A stretch of DNA of 64,000 bases, taken from positions 63,657,905 through 63,721,904 of the forward strand of contig NC_057718.1 in assembly GCF_004010195.1 (NCBI RefSeq), given 5' to 3'. The stretch comes from Chiloscyllium plagiosum. Lineage: Eukaryota. This document shows, piece by piece, positions 37,500 to 50,539 of this stretch. Position 1 is the first letter of the stretch, and the number at the start of each line of letters is the position of its first letter. Under the pieces are notes generated by a model. The model had not been told where the DNA came from. It did not search any database and saw nothing but the letters and a program-made list of their open reading frames with translations. The translations under genes were made by a program, and so were the position numbers.

Positions 37500-39070
37500 A
37501 TGAAAAGTTGGAACAGGAGAGGGCTTTGCCAATTAATACGATAATGAGTGATCTGACTTTCTCACATCCACTTTCCTGCTTTTGCCCCGTAACTGTCAAT
37601 TTTCCACTGATCAAGATGTTATCTCAGCGTTAAATATACACAAGGAGTCTGCTCCTACCAGCATGTGGCAAGGAATTCCAAAGACTCTCAATCCTCAGAG
37701 AAGAAATTCTTCCTCATTTCAGTCTAAATTGGCACCACTTTATTCTTAGATTATGCCCTCTGGCCCTACACTCTCCCATGAGGGGAAACATCCTCTCACC
37801 ATTTACCCTGTGAAGCCCCTTGAGAATCGTATATGTCTCAATGATATTTCCTCTCATTCTTCTAAACTTCAGTGAGTAGAGTTCCAACCTGATTAGCCTT
37901 TGCTGTTAACATGATCCTTTTATACAAGGGATCATTCTAGTAAACCTTCTTTGATCTGCCTCCAATGCAATGACATCTTTCCTTAAATAAGGGGACTAAA
38001 ATTGTTTACAGTATTCCAGATGGGATCGCCTCAGCATGTTGTTCAGTTGCAGTAAGACTTCTCTACTTTTATCCTCCAATCCTCTTTAAACAAAGACCAA
38101 CACTCCAATAGTCTTACCTGATGTGCTGGCTTTGTATTTCATGTGCAAGTACTCCAAAGTCCCTTTCTGTTTTTTTGGTCTCCCTTCCCAACTTCACATT
38201 TTCCCATATTATTCTCCAATTACCAACTTTTGTCCCCAATTACTTACCCTATTGATAAGTCTCTGCAAACTGTTTGTATCTCTCTCACACCCCTACCTTT
38301 CCAGCTATTTTTATGCTGTTATATCTCTGGACTTTTCTCCCTGTTATAGTATCACTTAAGTATATTAACATGACAAACTTAATTTTATTTCCTATTTGGA
38401 ATACTCACTACATAAGGCACATCATTAAATTTCTTTGTGACCTGGTAAGAGCCAATGAACCTTATTTTAATGGTGCACCTGAGACAAGTAATAATATTAA
38501 CACCTTATCTCCAGAAATTCCATTCATATTTCAAATTCTACATTCCCATCTCCGCCCAATAATCTTTGAAATTGCAGAACCCTTCGGAAAAAACAAAATT
38601 CTCCCTATCCCGGTCCTGAAAGAGAAAAGAATTCTCCCCATCTCACTCCTATCTAAACTCCTATAAAAATGAGTCCAGTCTGTCCAACCTTCTCGTTCAA
38701 AGAGCTGTTCATTCCAGGTATCAATCCAGTACACCTCCTGTGAATAGGCTCCAGTAGATTTACATCCTGCCTTCAATAAAGGAGACCAAAACTGTATAGT
38801 ATTTGTGATATGATCTCAACTATACATGCCCTGCATAACAGAAGCTAAACATCCTTGCCTTTAAGTTCAATTTCTTTCATAATAAAGGATAGTATTCCTT
38901 TAGCCTTGCTGTAATAACATACTCACTTTTCGTGAGTCATGCACTAGGAGTCCTCGATTTCTCTGCACTTCAGAATTCTGCAGTTGCTGTCCATTTAGGT
39001 AACATCTTTTTTTAAAAAATTGCCTGCCAACATGAAATGTTTCACATTTTCTCAGGTTATATTCCATCGG
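37500..39070 (-). mobile_element. Old CR1 3' fragments
   Basis: CR1-type 3' UTR and RT C-terminus, e.g. tccttaaataaggggactaaaa on the plus strand. Confidence 0.65.
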
Positions 39071-39589
39071 CCTGTAAAGGTCTGGTCATTACACATGGTC
39101 TTAAAGTCTGACGGTGAATAATGTTCCTCAACATTGCTGCTGATAAGCAAAAAATGTAATTTGTTTGGTTCCCAAACTATTCATTATTTCTTTGCATACT
39201 TGCGATGTGAGATTTGAAAGTTAATGTCATTGTATTGCCTTAGGCAAGCCATAATTTAAAACAAATTCATTTAATTTCTCCATTCCCATTTTAGCCACAA
39301 TGTTCCTCAAAGGAACTGCCTCAGGAAATCTTTTAAGCATTCATAACTGTTTCGAGAAACAAATACACACAAGTCTGGAGAAATGCAGCAAATCTAGCTG
39401 CATGTATGGAAAGAGGAAGAGAATCCAGTGTGACTTGTATAGAACTAAAAGGGGTTGGAATTTTTTAAAAATGTACTTCTGACTGAGGCAAAGGCCCAAT
39501 GTAAAAGACAAAAAAAAAGTTGTTAAATGGTGAAGAACTTCCGGGATCATTGTTTGGATGCAGCTATCTCCATAATATCATTGCCAATC

Positions 39590-40250
39590 TTGTCACTAAT
39601 GAGTGTGACTGTCCACCTAGGAAATTCTGTGCTGCCTTGTGAGGCAGAGCCTGAACCTACGCCACATCTCCAACCACACATTTGGCAGGCATTTCTGGAA
39701 GGTGGGCCTTGTACTTGGCCTTGAAATCACTTTCTCCAGTTCCTTTTCTGTACCTCTTGCTGACAGATGTTCTCAAACAAATTGAGTCCTTTCCTACAGA
39801 AGCTTCCTCCAAGTCAGTTTCTTCTGAATGACAGATTCCCACATGTTGACATCTATCTTGCATTTCCTGAAGGACGCTTTCAGGGAGTCTTTGAAATACT
39901 TCCTTTGTCCTCCTCTCATTCGAATGCCTTTATGCTAAGCACATGGCTGGCCCAGCAGATTTGGTTTCAGATGGTGTTAGTAAGCTGCTTCAAGGACAAT
40001 GATGTTAGCGCGGTGCTCCCAGCTGATGTGAAGAATCCATCTCAAACAGTGTTGATGGTACCTCCTCAAGAACCTTGAACTGGCGACTATACAGATTCCA
40101 AATCTCAGAACCCTACAGAAGAGTCAGAAAGTTGACTGCCTCATACAAAATCTTGGTATCAGCACACATGCCATAGTCGTCATAAACTCTCATCCTTCGG
40201 CATCCAAAGGTGATGCTCGCAGATCAGATGCAATGTTGAATCTCCGAATT
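39590..40250 (-). mobile_element. RTE-clade LINE 3' fragment
   Basis: Minus strand encodes GGQRKYFKDSLKASF, the typical RTE C-terminal motif. Confidence 0.65.
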
Positions 40251-41556
40251 CAATGTATATTAATGATTTAGATGAGGAAACTATGTACCATATCTTCAAA
40301 ACTGCAGGTGATACAAAGCTGGGTAGGAGAAAGAACTACGAAAAAGATGCAGAAAAGCTTCAGTGTGATTTGGAGAAGTTAACCATGTAGGAAAATAGAT
40401 GGCAAACACTGATGGTGGACAGATGTTTGGTAGCAAAAACAGGCAGGCAGATGATCTGAATGGCATTTGATTGGGAAAGGGGCAACGAGACCCAAGTGTC
40501 CTTGGATATAGTCACTGATGTTCTTTCCTCCTGGACTGAGAAACATTGCTGTGAGACAATCTATTTTCCTGAAGTTGCCTTTGTCAATGTTGGGTTGTGC
40601 GATGTTGCACATCAGCTGGGATTAGGAACCCCTAAGCTGAAAATAAGGATGTTGCCTCCATCTCTTCAATCTGTTACAAGTCACATGCTTATTCAGCTAA
40701 TGAACAATAACAGGTTGTCAACGCGAATTTGCTGAAATGCAACTGACAAATTGGGGATGTTGTTGTTTCGGAAGCACAAACTTTTAAAACATGTGTTGGC
40801 TGTAATGTGGTTACATCACCAGCACTTGAAGCACAATTTTTCTATATCACGGGGTTGCGCAAGCATTACATTATAGGAGAACAGACTGTATGTCATATCT
40901 CAGCTGTTGCTTTTTAACAACTAACCAAAAATCCTCATGAATGGTCGACTGCCTATATTAGGTAGCTATGGTCTCTAATTCCAAAATCTAACACATCAGA
41001 TTTAGTTATACGTGGAAGCAACTAGCAGGATGTAGACAGTGGCTGATTTGCCAAAAACTTCTTGCATTCAGCACTTTAGCTTTGGCAGTAAAGAGCATTC
41101 ATGCAACTTTCTTTGGGGTTCTTGTGGTTTTCCTGCCAAAAACTCCAGTGAACAATCGGAACAATATATACATTAATTCATTTAGGCTTTGTGGACAATA
41201 CAGATTGAATTCATGTCAATTACAAACAAATTCTTCTTTAAAAGCTAAATTAGTTCAAATATCAGCATTTTGACAATATAAAATGAAAATATTCTATCAA
41301 ACACTTCAATGAGCATGCTCATTCCAGGCAGCCAGATGATGAAGGATAGAACTGGATCCTATTCACTGCACACAATAGATTTAATTTAAAATGGCATGTT
41401 ACAAACATGCACCTTCAAATCTAGCCACTGTAATTCCAGCGTGCACAAGTGAATCTCCAGTTAATATCACCAAAACACAATTAAAATGTTCAATATTCTA
41501 CTAACAACTTGTATGCAAGATCATTTGAGAGAGCAGGAATATGATCGGAAATAATG

Positions 41557-41670
41557 GCCCTTTGTGGTGCAGTGGTAGTTTCTCTACCCCTGAATTAAGA
41601 GGCCTGGCTTCATGTACAAGCTGCTCCAAAGATGTATAATAACAACTTTAGATCAATTAGAAAACATCCT
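41557..41670 (+). mobile_element. tRNA-derived SINE head, same family as about 62695-62810
   Basis: Shared tgtggtgcaRtggtagt..c.ctacc.ctg...ggcctg sequence with an A-box-like start. Confidence 0.5.
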
Positions 41671-42504
41671 ATCATCGAAATGGGATGCCAAAAAAAGACT
41701 CCCCTTTTGAATCAACAAGAACCTCCAAATAAAAAGTTTGCTCTTAAAAATTGGAGAAACATTCTGCATCAAGTTCAGCAATGCTTTAGTGGTGTTCCCC
41801 ATAAGAATTTGACGGTGTTTCTCCAAGATGTTAACACTACTGGTAAACTCCCAAAATGTTCTGCCAGACAATTTGGCAGTTATTTTGTAGCTAATCATTG
41901 TCTCAAAGACACCTAGAGGAGCAAGTAGTAAAACTTAATAAAGCAGCAATGAAAGCAAAGCAACAAATCAATGAAGGGGAGAAACAGGTAAGATGCAAAA
42001 TGGCCGGAAATAGTAGACACGACATGGATTTGAAAATTCTATTAACTTTCATGGAGATATTTCATTTTATTCATATTCTCATGTAGTATTGAAATCTCAA
42101 AGAATAAAATAAAATATAGATTATTGTATATAGACTGATAAATGATTCATTCTCAAAACATTGACATTTTAAGCTTTGAGTGGCTTTCCAATAAAGAAAT
42201 CAAAATGAAATTATTTCATCACTGACAATTGTTTTCCATGTTTGAAAATCTTGCTTTCAGGTGAAACATACCTAGGTAGTTAACTGCAAGAATGAGTATG
42301 CTAGTGTTTGCACCCAAATAGCACAGGCTTGATGCGGAAATACAGCAGTTACCACTCTACGTCTCCCAGTACTATCAACAGCTATGTAGGAGATATATTG
42401 TGAAGCATGTTTTGGCTTCATGTAACGGAATATCTTAACGCATGAACCATAACTCTTACCAAATATATAGCTTCTCAATAACTAGAGTTAAGCAGTAAGC
42501 TTAC

Positions 42505-42633
42505 CATCTTGCTTGCTCTGTTTTTTCATCAGCCATCTTTCCAAAGTTTCAGTAGGAACGCTTTCTGCTACATATTCATCAAGTACATTTGAATGAAGGG
42601 CTAAGTACGACTTTACTTTATCATCAGTCAGAC
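42505..42633 (-). CDS. PDE10A: PDE10A coding exon (N-terminal region upstream of GAF-A): (G)LTDDKVKSYLALHSNVLDEYVAESVPTETLERWLMKKQSKQD
   Basis: Translation closely resembles human PDE10A as I recall it ([37 protein letters not shown]). Acceptor ttttacctttgcag, donor gtaagc, 129 bp, phase 1-1. Confidence 0.92.
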
Positions 42634-42779
42634 CTGCAAAGGTAAAAGACAATAAAAATAAGAGTACAAGATTATTTCTACAGGGTTTCCATTCTGACAA
42701 CCAATTCTTGTTTGGTCAATAGAAACCCAAAGAACAGGGGTGATCATTCCAGGGTAAATCATAAAACAGAGAGACACTC

Positions 42780-43720
42780 CTAAGTAGTCACATGAGAGTA
42801 TGTATTTATATTTACCCCCTCTTACTCAGTCTCTTGGTCTCACTTCATTGAAATCTAAATTGTTTTGAATCTTCAGGTTTGCTGCATTTTTTTTGGCCTT
42901 TTTGTGTACTTCTTCCTTGGATTTAATACTCCCCCTAATTTCCCATGCTAGTCATGGTCTAACCACAATTCCCATTGTATTTTTACACTGACCAGGATGA
43001 ATAATATTTGCAGTTACAGATACTGTTAGTATCTTCTACTGTGATGTCTGAGGCACAGTATTTATTCATCTAACCTGTTTCGGATTCCACATGATTATTT
43101 CCCTAATGTCATTCTCTAAGAAGCCCATTTTCACTTTGGCTTCTCTCTTCCTTTACATATATTTAAAGAAGCTCTTGCTGTCCATCTTGATATTACCCTC
43201 AAAGTTTATTTTCTCACTCATTTTTGCATTGTCTTCTGCCAGGTTTTAAAGCTTTCTAATCCTCTGCTGTAATGTTTGCCACATTGTGTGTTCTTTCTTT
43301 CATGATGCCATGCCATGGTTAACCATTGTTGGCTTGTTCCCTTCCTAGAATCCTCCTCCTTCACTAGAATGCATCTTTGCTGTGAACCACTCTCTTAAAC
43401 GTCTGCCACTAATCCTCAATGGTTTTTGCAGCTAACCTCCTTCCCAGTCCACTGCAATTAGCTCCTCTTTCATTCCTTTGTAATTAACCCATTTTAAGCC
43501 AAGCACAGTTGTTTCTGACCCAAGATCCTCCCTCACAACCCGAATGCTAAATTGAATCATCTTATGGTCACTGTTTCCAAGAGGATCTTTTATTCTAACA
43601 TCATTTATTAAACCTGCCTCATTACACATCATTAGATTCAAAATAGCCTAATTGGATTTATAACATGTTGTTCAAAGAAAGTGTACCAAATACACTATGA
43701 ATTTTTCCTCACTGCTTCCT
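42780..43720 (-). mobile_element. Old CR1 endonuclease fragment
   Basis: DPLGNSDHKMIQFSI motif. Confidence 0.75.
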
Positions 43721-44879
43721 CAGTCAACATGCATTATGAGAAAATCAATAATAACAAATGAATAATTTATTAATTGACTGGAGAAGAGGTTGTGCCCTAG
43801 AACACAAAAGACCTGATTAGATTTGGATTACGAGCAGTAACAGAAATTGAAAAATTGATACTTCAACGAATTCCAATCGCATCTATTTTGTCATCCCTCC
43901 TATAAACATCAACACAAAAAACCTACATGAATAATCAAACCTTAACATGCATCACAGCTCTGGCATAATTTCCTTGGAGCAGTAAATTTGGGAATTGAGG
44001 GTAGTCACTAAACAAACTTGGGAAGAATCTAGCAGCATTTATCTAGATACAAGTGATTGGAAGGTTGAGGGTGTGGTTAACAGTTCATCACGAAATAACA
44101 GGTGGATAAGGGAAAAGGACTTTTAGGTGTATGGGATGAGAATGAGGGAAGATGGTTAGACTCAGGTTTACTTGAGTGAAGTACCAACATGAACTGGTTC
44201 ACCTGAATGGCCTGTTTCCATGTTATAACTTTGTCCATTTATATTGTCCTACAGACAGCCAAACTGAGGCAACCTTTCTACCTCTGTTATCGCAACACAG
44301 TAAAATTAAACTGTCAAAGAACCCAAAGAGTCACTCCAATGTTTTCTAATCAGACTTTTGAATAACCATCCCGGACTTTGAATTAATTTCCAGACATTTG
44401 TATTAATGTAGATTTTGTATCTCAAACAAAAGACTTAATTTATTAAACATAAAATAACATGGAGAAAATTAAACGAAACTGTAAGCTAATTGACTTCTGT
44501 GTTTTAGAGCCAAACATTTAATTCAGGGATAAATAAAAGGAAGGAAAATAAACTGGTCAAATTACTTAACATGTCTACAAAATGTGATGTTAACACACAT
44601 AAATATGGACTCCTTGGCTGCTTTTCTCAAATGTTGAAGTGGATCACCTTCTCAGTTGACCCAGGCAAATGTAGTGAGACTTTTAACTCAGCTTTCCTCT
44701 CCCTGAGCTTCTGGAATCTGGTGTATCAGATTCCACAGAGAGCTTTCAAATCTTCAAGCTGCTGCTGCAGCATTCCAGAAAATATCTTAGAAAAAATACT
44801 TCTCAAAAAACTTTAATTCTGGTTTTGCCCTGAGACTGATTGGCAGCTGTTGAAAGTTGGAAAGAGTCAGCTGCTTGAA

Positions 44880-47120
44880 TATGAGAAACAAAAACAGGTC
44901 ACTGGCAAAGCTCAGCAGGTCTGGCAGCATCTGTGAAGAGAAATCAAAGTTAATATTGGGTCCGGTGATCCTTTCTCAGAACTGATGGTAACTAAAAAAA
45001 ATGTCGATTTATATGCAGAAGATAGGGTGTGAGAGGAGTGAAGGAGTAAATGATAGCCAAGGATAGAGCCCAAAGAGAGAGAGGACAGTTAGATAGACAA
45101 AGGAGTTGATAACAAGCTGGCTGGGAGAGTGAACAGCCATTAGTGGAGACTGTTAAAGGCTAACAATAGATATAGTGTGTAATGGCAGACTAAGTGATAA
45201 CGAGGCTTGGTGTGTAGGGATGGGGACTGGGACACGGGGGAAGTTCGGGCCCTAAAATTGTTGAACTTGATATAGAATTCCGAGGGCAATAGAGTTCCCA
45301 TGTGGAAAATGAGGTGTTGTTCTTCCAGCTTGAGCTGGAGCTCTGTAGCAAGCCTGAGACAGAGATGTTTGCAAGGGAACCAGGTGGTGTATTAAAGTGG
45401 CAGGCAACTGGAAGCGGAGGGTCTTCTTTTGCAGGCAGAATGTGGAAATTCTGTGAAGCGGTGACCCAGTCTATGCATCATTTCACCTACAAAGTATGTT
45501 TGGGCCCTCAGAAACTGAGAATGGAGGAGGTAAATGGGTAGGTCTAACACCTTTGGCGGTTGCAGGGGTATGTGCCATGGGGCTGTTGGATGGGTGGGTG
45601 TGTTGGGGGGTGGCTATTGGGAGCCAAAGAGTGGACCAGGGAGTCACAGAAGTAACAGTCTCTGTAGAAGGCAGACAAGGGAGTGGTGGCATCTCACTGG
45701 AGGTGGCAAATATGGCGGCTGATTATGTTCTGGATGTGGATGCTGGTGGGATAGTAGGTAAGGGCCAGGGATGTTGCAAAGAAGGAAGAGAAGGGTGGAA
45801 GGTGGAGGTGAAAGTGCAGGAAATGGGTTGGATCTGGTTCAGGGGCTGATTGACAATGGCCCTGGGGAATCCACTGCAAGGATGTATTGTCCAGGTAACT
45901 GTGGGAGTCAGTGGGTTTATAGTGGATATTAGGGGCCAGTCTATCCCCAGAAATGGAAACAGAGATGTCGAGGAAGGGAAGGGAGGAGTCAGAGATAGAC
46001 CAGGTGAAAGTGGGGGCAAGATAGAAATTGGAAGGGAAAGTGAAGTCGAATAGCATTTCCAATTCGAGATGACAGGGGGAAGTAGCACCAATGCTTTAAC
46101 GATATATCAAAGAAAAAGTTGTGGTTGAGGTCCAGAATAGGACTGGAATAAGGAATGTTCCACGTCCCCCACGAAGAGACAGGCCTAACTGGGGCCTATG
46201 CAAGTATCCATGGCCACCCCTCTGACCTGAAGAAAATGAGAGGAGTTAAAAGAGAAGTTGTTGAGGGTGAGAACTAGCTCAGCCAAACACAGGAGGTTGG
46301 TGGGGGTGGGCGGGGATGGTTCAGGCTTCCACTCCAGGAAGAAGCCAAGAGCCCCGAGACCATCCTGGTGGGGGTGAACATGTAAAAGGGATTGCACATA
46401 CATGGTAAACAGAAGGCAACTTGAACCTCCAAACTGGATTTTCCGAAACTAGCACAAAGCATCAGAGGAAACATGGATGTACACAGGGCAGCAACTGGAT
46501 GAGGGGAGAAAAGACTGAGTCAAGGTAGGAAGGGATGAGTTCAGTGGGGCAGAAGCAATGGGTCTGCCCAGGCAGTCCTGCCTGTGGATTTTCGGAAGGA
46601 GGTAGAAGCGAGCTGTGTGGGACTGGGGGACTATCAGCTTGGTGGCAGTGGGGGTGGGGTAGAGATGAAATGAGGTCAGTGACTATTGTTGATATAATGG
46701 CCTGATGTTTCATGGTGGGGTCATGGTCCAGAGAGAGATAGGAGGAGGTATCGAAGAGCTGGCGCTCAGCCTCTGCAGTGTAGATGTCAATACACCAAAC
46801 TACAACAGCACCACCCTCATCTGCAAGCTCAATAACAAAGTCAAATTTGGATCTAAACACGTGGAGTGAAGTCAGTTCGGAAGGAGAGAGGTTGGATTGA
46901 GGGGAGCAGAGGAATTGAGGTGACCAATGTCCCATCGACAGTTCTCAATGAATAGATTGAGTGCAGGCCAGATGCATGGGTCCACAGCACCCTCACAGCC
47001 CCATGGCACCCTCCCCTGCAACCACCGAAGGTCTAACACCTGCCTATTTACCTCCTCCTTCCTCGGCATCCAAGGACCCAAACTTACCTTCCAGGTGAAA
47101 TAGCACTTTACCTGCACTGA
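44880..47120 (-). mobile_element. Neptune-like Penelope element (RT to 3' terminus) with a short inverted piece at about 46975-47120
   Basis: ADEGGAVVVW, LTLNNFSFNSSHFLQVRGVAMDTCIGPS and LPFLDISV...YKPTDSHSYLD. Confidence 0.88.
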
Positions 47121-47624
47121 TAATGCAACCACAAAGGCCCAGGATCATGGAGACACCTAGTGCACTAGTTGATGAATTTTGAGCCAGCAAACCTGACCTG
47201 TCCCAAAGCTGGGTTCCTCAATCAGGCACTGATTATCAGAGCTACCAAACCACAAAGCACCACTTTCCCCCTGTTGGACAAGGAGCACACAAGCAAACTC
47301 AACAACTGTTGCTTTACAGGCTCCCCAATTGGCAATCACCCTGCCTGCCACTGGTTGAATATCAACATGACATGGTGAGGCCCTTAGTGAGCATTAATTC
47401 TCGGTGGACATGTGGCCGCAAGAATCATTCACAGGCCTATCCATCCCAGATCTCACCAGCAAGATGTGGGCAAGTGTCAGAATCCTGACCTGGCACCATC
47501 CCACCCAAATAAGTGTCCTTTCTACCATGTATCTTAATTCAGGAGGTCAGCATTAAATACTGCCCAGACTGTGGCAAGCAAGGTTAATAAGATCTAAAGA
47601 CAAGTGCGGTGATAATGGAGGCCT

Positions 47625-47770
47625 GGCTCAAAAATCTCTCCACTCTGCAGGCACCCCTGCCTCTATTCCTGATGAAGGGCTTTTGCCCGAAATGTCGATT
47701 TTCCTGCTCCTCTGCTACTGCCTGACATGCTGTGCTTTTCCAGCACCACTCTAATCAAGACTCAAAAATG
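47625..47770 (+). mobile_element. Penelope terminal fragment with a hammerhead core
   Basis: cctgatgaagggcttttgcccgaaatgtcgatt; flanked by ctcaaaaat repeats. Confidence 0.8.
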
Positions 47771-48036
47771 GACAAGGCTAGTTATTATGAACTTCTGGAA
47801 ACAAGGCTAGTCAGGAAAGATGAGAAGGAAATAATGAAGGAAAGATGGCAGTATTAAAGAGATTATTATAGTGCAGAAGAGAGAGGACATCGTCAAGGGA
47901 TTAAGGACAGAAATCTATTTAGTTGGAGCTAAGAATCAATAGAAGCCCCATTACACTTTCCTGCACATCCTTATAAACAACAAGCTGGTTGGAAATAGAA
48001 AGGAAAACATTTACAAGGAAATTACAGGGAGTGGCT

Positions 48037-48271
48037 GTATTGATTGTAACAAGGTCAGCCAGGTGGACCTTATAGAATGTGTGTTCCCTGACTGTACCAA
48101 AATAACAGTCTTAATCAGGGAGCCCTGGCTGACAAATAATAACAGGAGTGTCAGCCATGCTGTTCAGTCTGAGAGTTGCCTCTGAGGGAGCTGGATCAGT
48201 GTCAGCGAGCCTCCACATGTAAATCAAGGATAACACGGTGACAAGATTCCAGCCTCTCAAGAGTTATTTTA
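48037..48271 (+). mobile_element. Solo LTR inserted in a CR1 endonuclease remnant
   Basis: Starts tgta, about 235 bp long, flanked by gtggc/ctggc; CR1 sequence resumes afterwards (VVIKWNFNFPD); second copy at 1610-1785. Confidence 0.55.
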
Positions 48272-49025
48272 CTGGCAAAAACTACAAAGTAGTTATAAAG
48301 TGGAATTTCAATTTTCCTGATGGGCATCTTGTCCTTGCTCACATCTTTGTAGCCTTCCCTTCCAATCTCCTTGGCGAGATGTAGAATGTAAAGACACCAC
48401 TGATGCTGGGAAACTTCAAAGTTAGTCACATCGTCAGACCACACCTTCTTCCAGCAGTTGTCGTGGACTGTAAGATCTCCTCCCAAGCAGTGTGGGCCAA
48501 GTCAATAACATGACAGATGATAAACTGTTTCCAGAAGTCCATCATCACCAGGTTTTCAATCTGTAGACAAGACTTGCCAGGTTGCCCTAGGTACAGGTTT
48601 CTGGATGCAGTGGCTCTTCAGTGCCTTGATGATTTCCTAGTGGACTAGATAAATCAACAATGAGCAATCAGGTGGCATGAAGAGAACTTTGATAGTAAGG
48701 TGGGCACTCTGCCTGATGCTTACACTGGATGATTGCATTATCGAGGATGACAAGAACTTTGAGGTTCTTTGATTGGATGTACTTCTTGACTTCTGGAACA
48801 AAACAGTTGTTAAACCAAGCCCAGAAGATGCAAGTGGACACTCAGCCTTCTTTTTAGACCTTCATTGCACAGGCATACGGTTCTTGCTGTTTCCTTTGAA
48901 GTGTGAGGGCTCGCAGCCTGGTAGACCAGCAGCTTGCACTCTCCTCTAGCACTGGCAGAATGTAGTGTCGTGGCACGATCCTTGAATCCCAGCACTTTGG
49001 TGACTTGCTTGGTGATCTACCTTCA

Positions 49026-49434
49026 GGAGAAAGTGAGGGCTGCAGATGCTGGAGATCAGAGCTGAAAATGTGTTGCTGGAAGAGCGCAGCAGGTCAGGCA
49101 GCATCCAGGAAACAGGAGAATCGACGTTTCGGGCATAAGCCCTTCTTCAGGAATGAGGAAAGTTTGTCCAGCAGGCTAAGATAAAAGGTAGGGAGGAGGG
49201 ACTTGGGGGAGGGGCGTCAGAAATGTGATAGGTGGAAAGAGGTCAAGGTGAGGGTGAAGGGCCAGAGTGGGGGGGGGGCGGAGAGGTCGGGAAGAAGATC
49301 TCAGGTTAGGAAGGCGGCTGAAACGCTCCGCAAGTAGGCGGCCTGTCTTCCCAATATAGAGGAGGCCACATCGGGTGCAGAGGATGCAATAGATGATGTG
49401 TGTGGAGGTGCAGGTGAATGTGGCGGATATGAAA
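49026..49434 (-). mobile_element. Neptune-like Penelope 3' fragment with an intact hammerhead core, inserted in Tigger
   Basis: Flanked by gtgatctacct(t/g)cagga; includes GIY-YIG coding (HIIYCILCTRCGLLYIGKTGR) and the terminal repeat. Confidence 0.88.
49118..49155 (-). ncRNA. Minimal type I hammerhead ribozyme motif (Penelope-associated)
   Basis: CAUUC-CUGAAGA-A-GGGC(UUAU)GCCC-GAA-ACGU-C-GAUU: conserved core, helix II, palindromic ACGU helix III and GUC cleavage triplet. Helix I is weak. Confidence 0.65.
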
Positions 49435-50539
49435 GTGATCTACCTGCAGGACCCCATTTGCTTGAAGATGCAGCTGGTTTTATCTACATTAAATACTTGC
49501 TCCCTCCTACATCCTTTCTCAAACAGCTTGAAGAACATTGGCACAACAACGTTGATGGTCTCCTGGTTTGCGGGACTTGTCTCCCCACTCAGCTTAATGT
49601 TGTGAAGGCCATAGCAATTTGGTAACCTTCCTTGCTCTCCTTACTGCCAGTGAAAGACTTTGCCAGGTGCTCATAGATATGCAGTACTTGCTGTCGCAGG
49701 GCATACCTATACACTATAGTTGTCCTCTATGTCACCATCTCCTCAATCCATAAACTAAGCCTCTTTTCTATCATTTTGTAGTGGATATCCCACACCGCAG
49801 GTGTCATCTTAGCACTTTGAAGAGCAGATTCCTTCAGTTTTTCTTACTTCAGCGTCTTTGCTCCTATTCGACTGAACAGACTCATTGAGGCTGAATTCAC
49901 AGCTGACATCACCACTAGCCAACATGCCACTTATGTCATATCCAACATGCCACTTGTGTCATATCCAACAACATTCACCTTTTCTGAGCTTCATCATCAC
50001 CTTTTTGCATTTAGGCACAGTAGCTTGGGAGCTATCACAATAACACAAAGGTCAAAAAATCCAAGACCCACGCAACCAATTTTGAGTTGCTGTGAAAGAG
50101 GTCATGGATATGTAATCTTTGCCCGTGGATGTTGATTACGTTTTGGCACAGGCATTTTGGGGATACAGACGAATGACTGTACTGTTTAAAGCAGCTTTGA
50201 CATTTTTACTAATTAGATAAACTACTTATTAAGGAGACCAACGCTTAGGTCCAAACCTTATCACAGATCTGACTTTTTCCAACCCAAGCCGGTGTCCTTC
50301 CTGAATACTGCCCTCCATAAGCATAAGGTCATCCAATATTCTGCAGCACACATCTTAAATTTCACCATGTCCCGATCCTTTGTCACTCCTGTGCTTGCTG
50401 ACTTACATTGGTTCCTGATCAAGCAACGGCTCAAATTTTAAAGTGTGCTTCCTTGTTTTCAAATCCTTCTATCATTGTCTTTCCCTCTCTCTATCATGTA
50501 AGTAATTATATAGTTGTGTAAAGGATATCTGGTGGCAGG

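Larger units (their letters stand above)
48320..50179 (-). mobile_element. TcMar-Tigger (pogo) DNA transposon, 5' TIR and decayed transposase
   Basis: Minus-strand peptides RLSLWIEE, GLHNIKLSGE, EQVFNVDKT, WFNNCFVPEVKKY, KVLVILDNA, IKVLFMPP, DFWKQF and NCWKKVW; terminus TA|CAGTCATTCGTCTGTATCC. Confidence 0.88.

Noticed and set aside
42488..42700. 70-aa ORF with a signal-peptide-like start
   Set aside because: The hydrophobic start is the translated polypyrimidine tract of the PDE10A acceptor; only 42505-42633 is exon.
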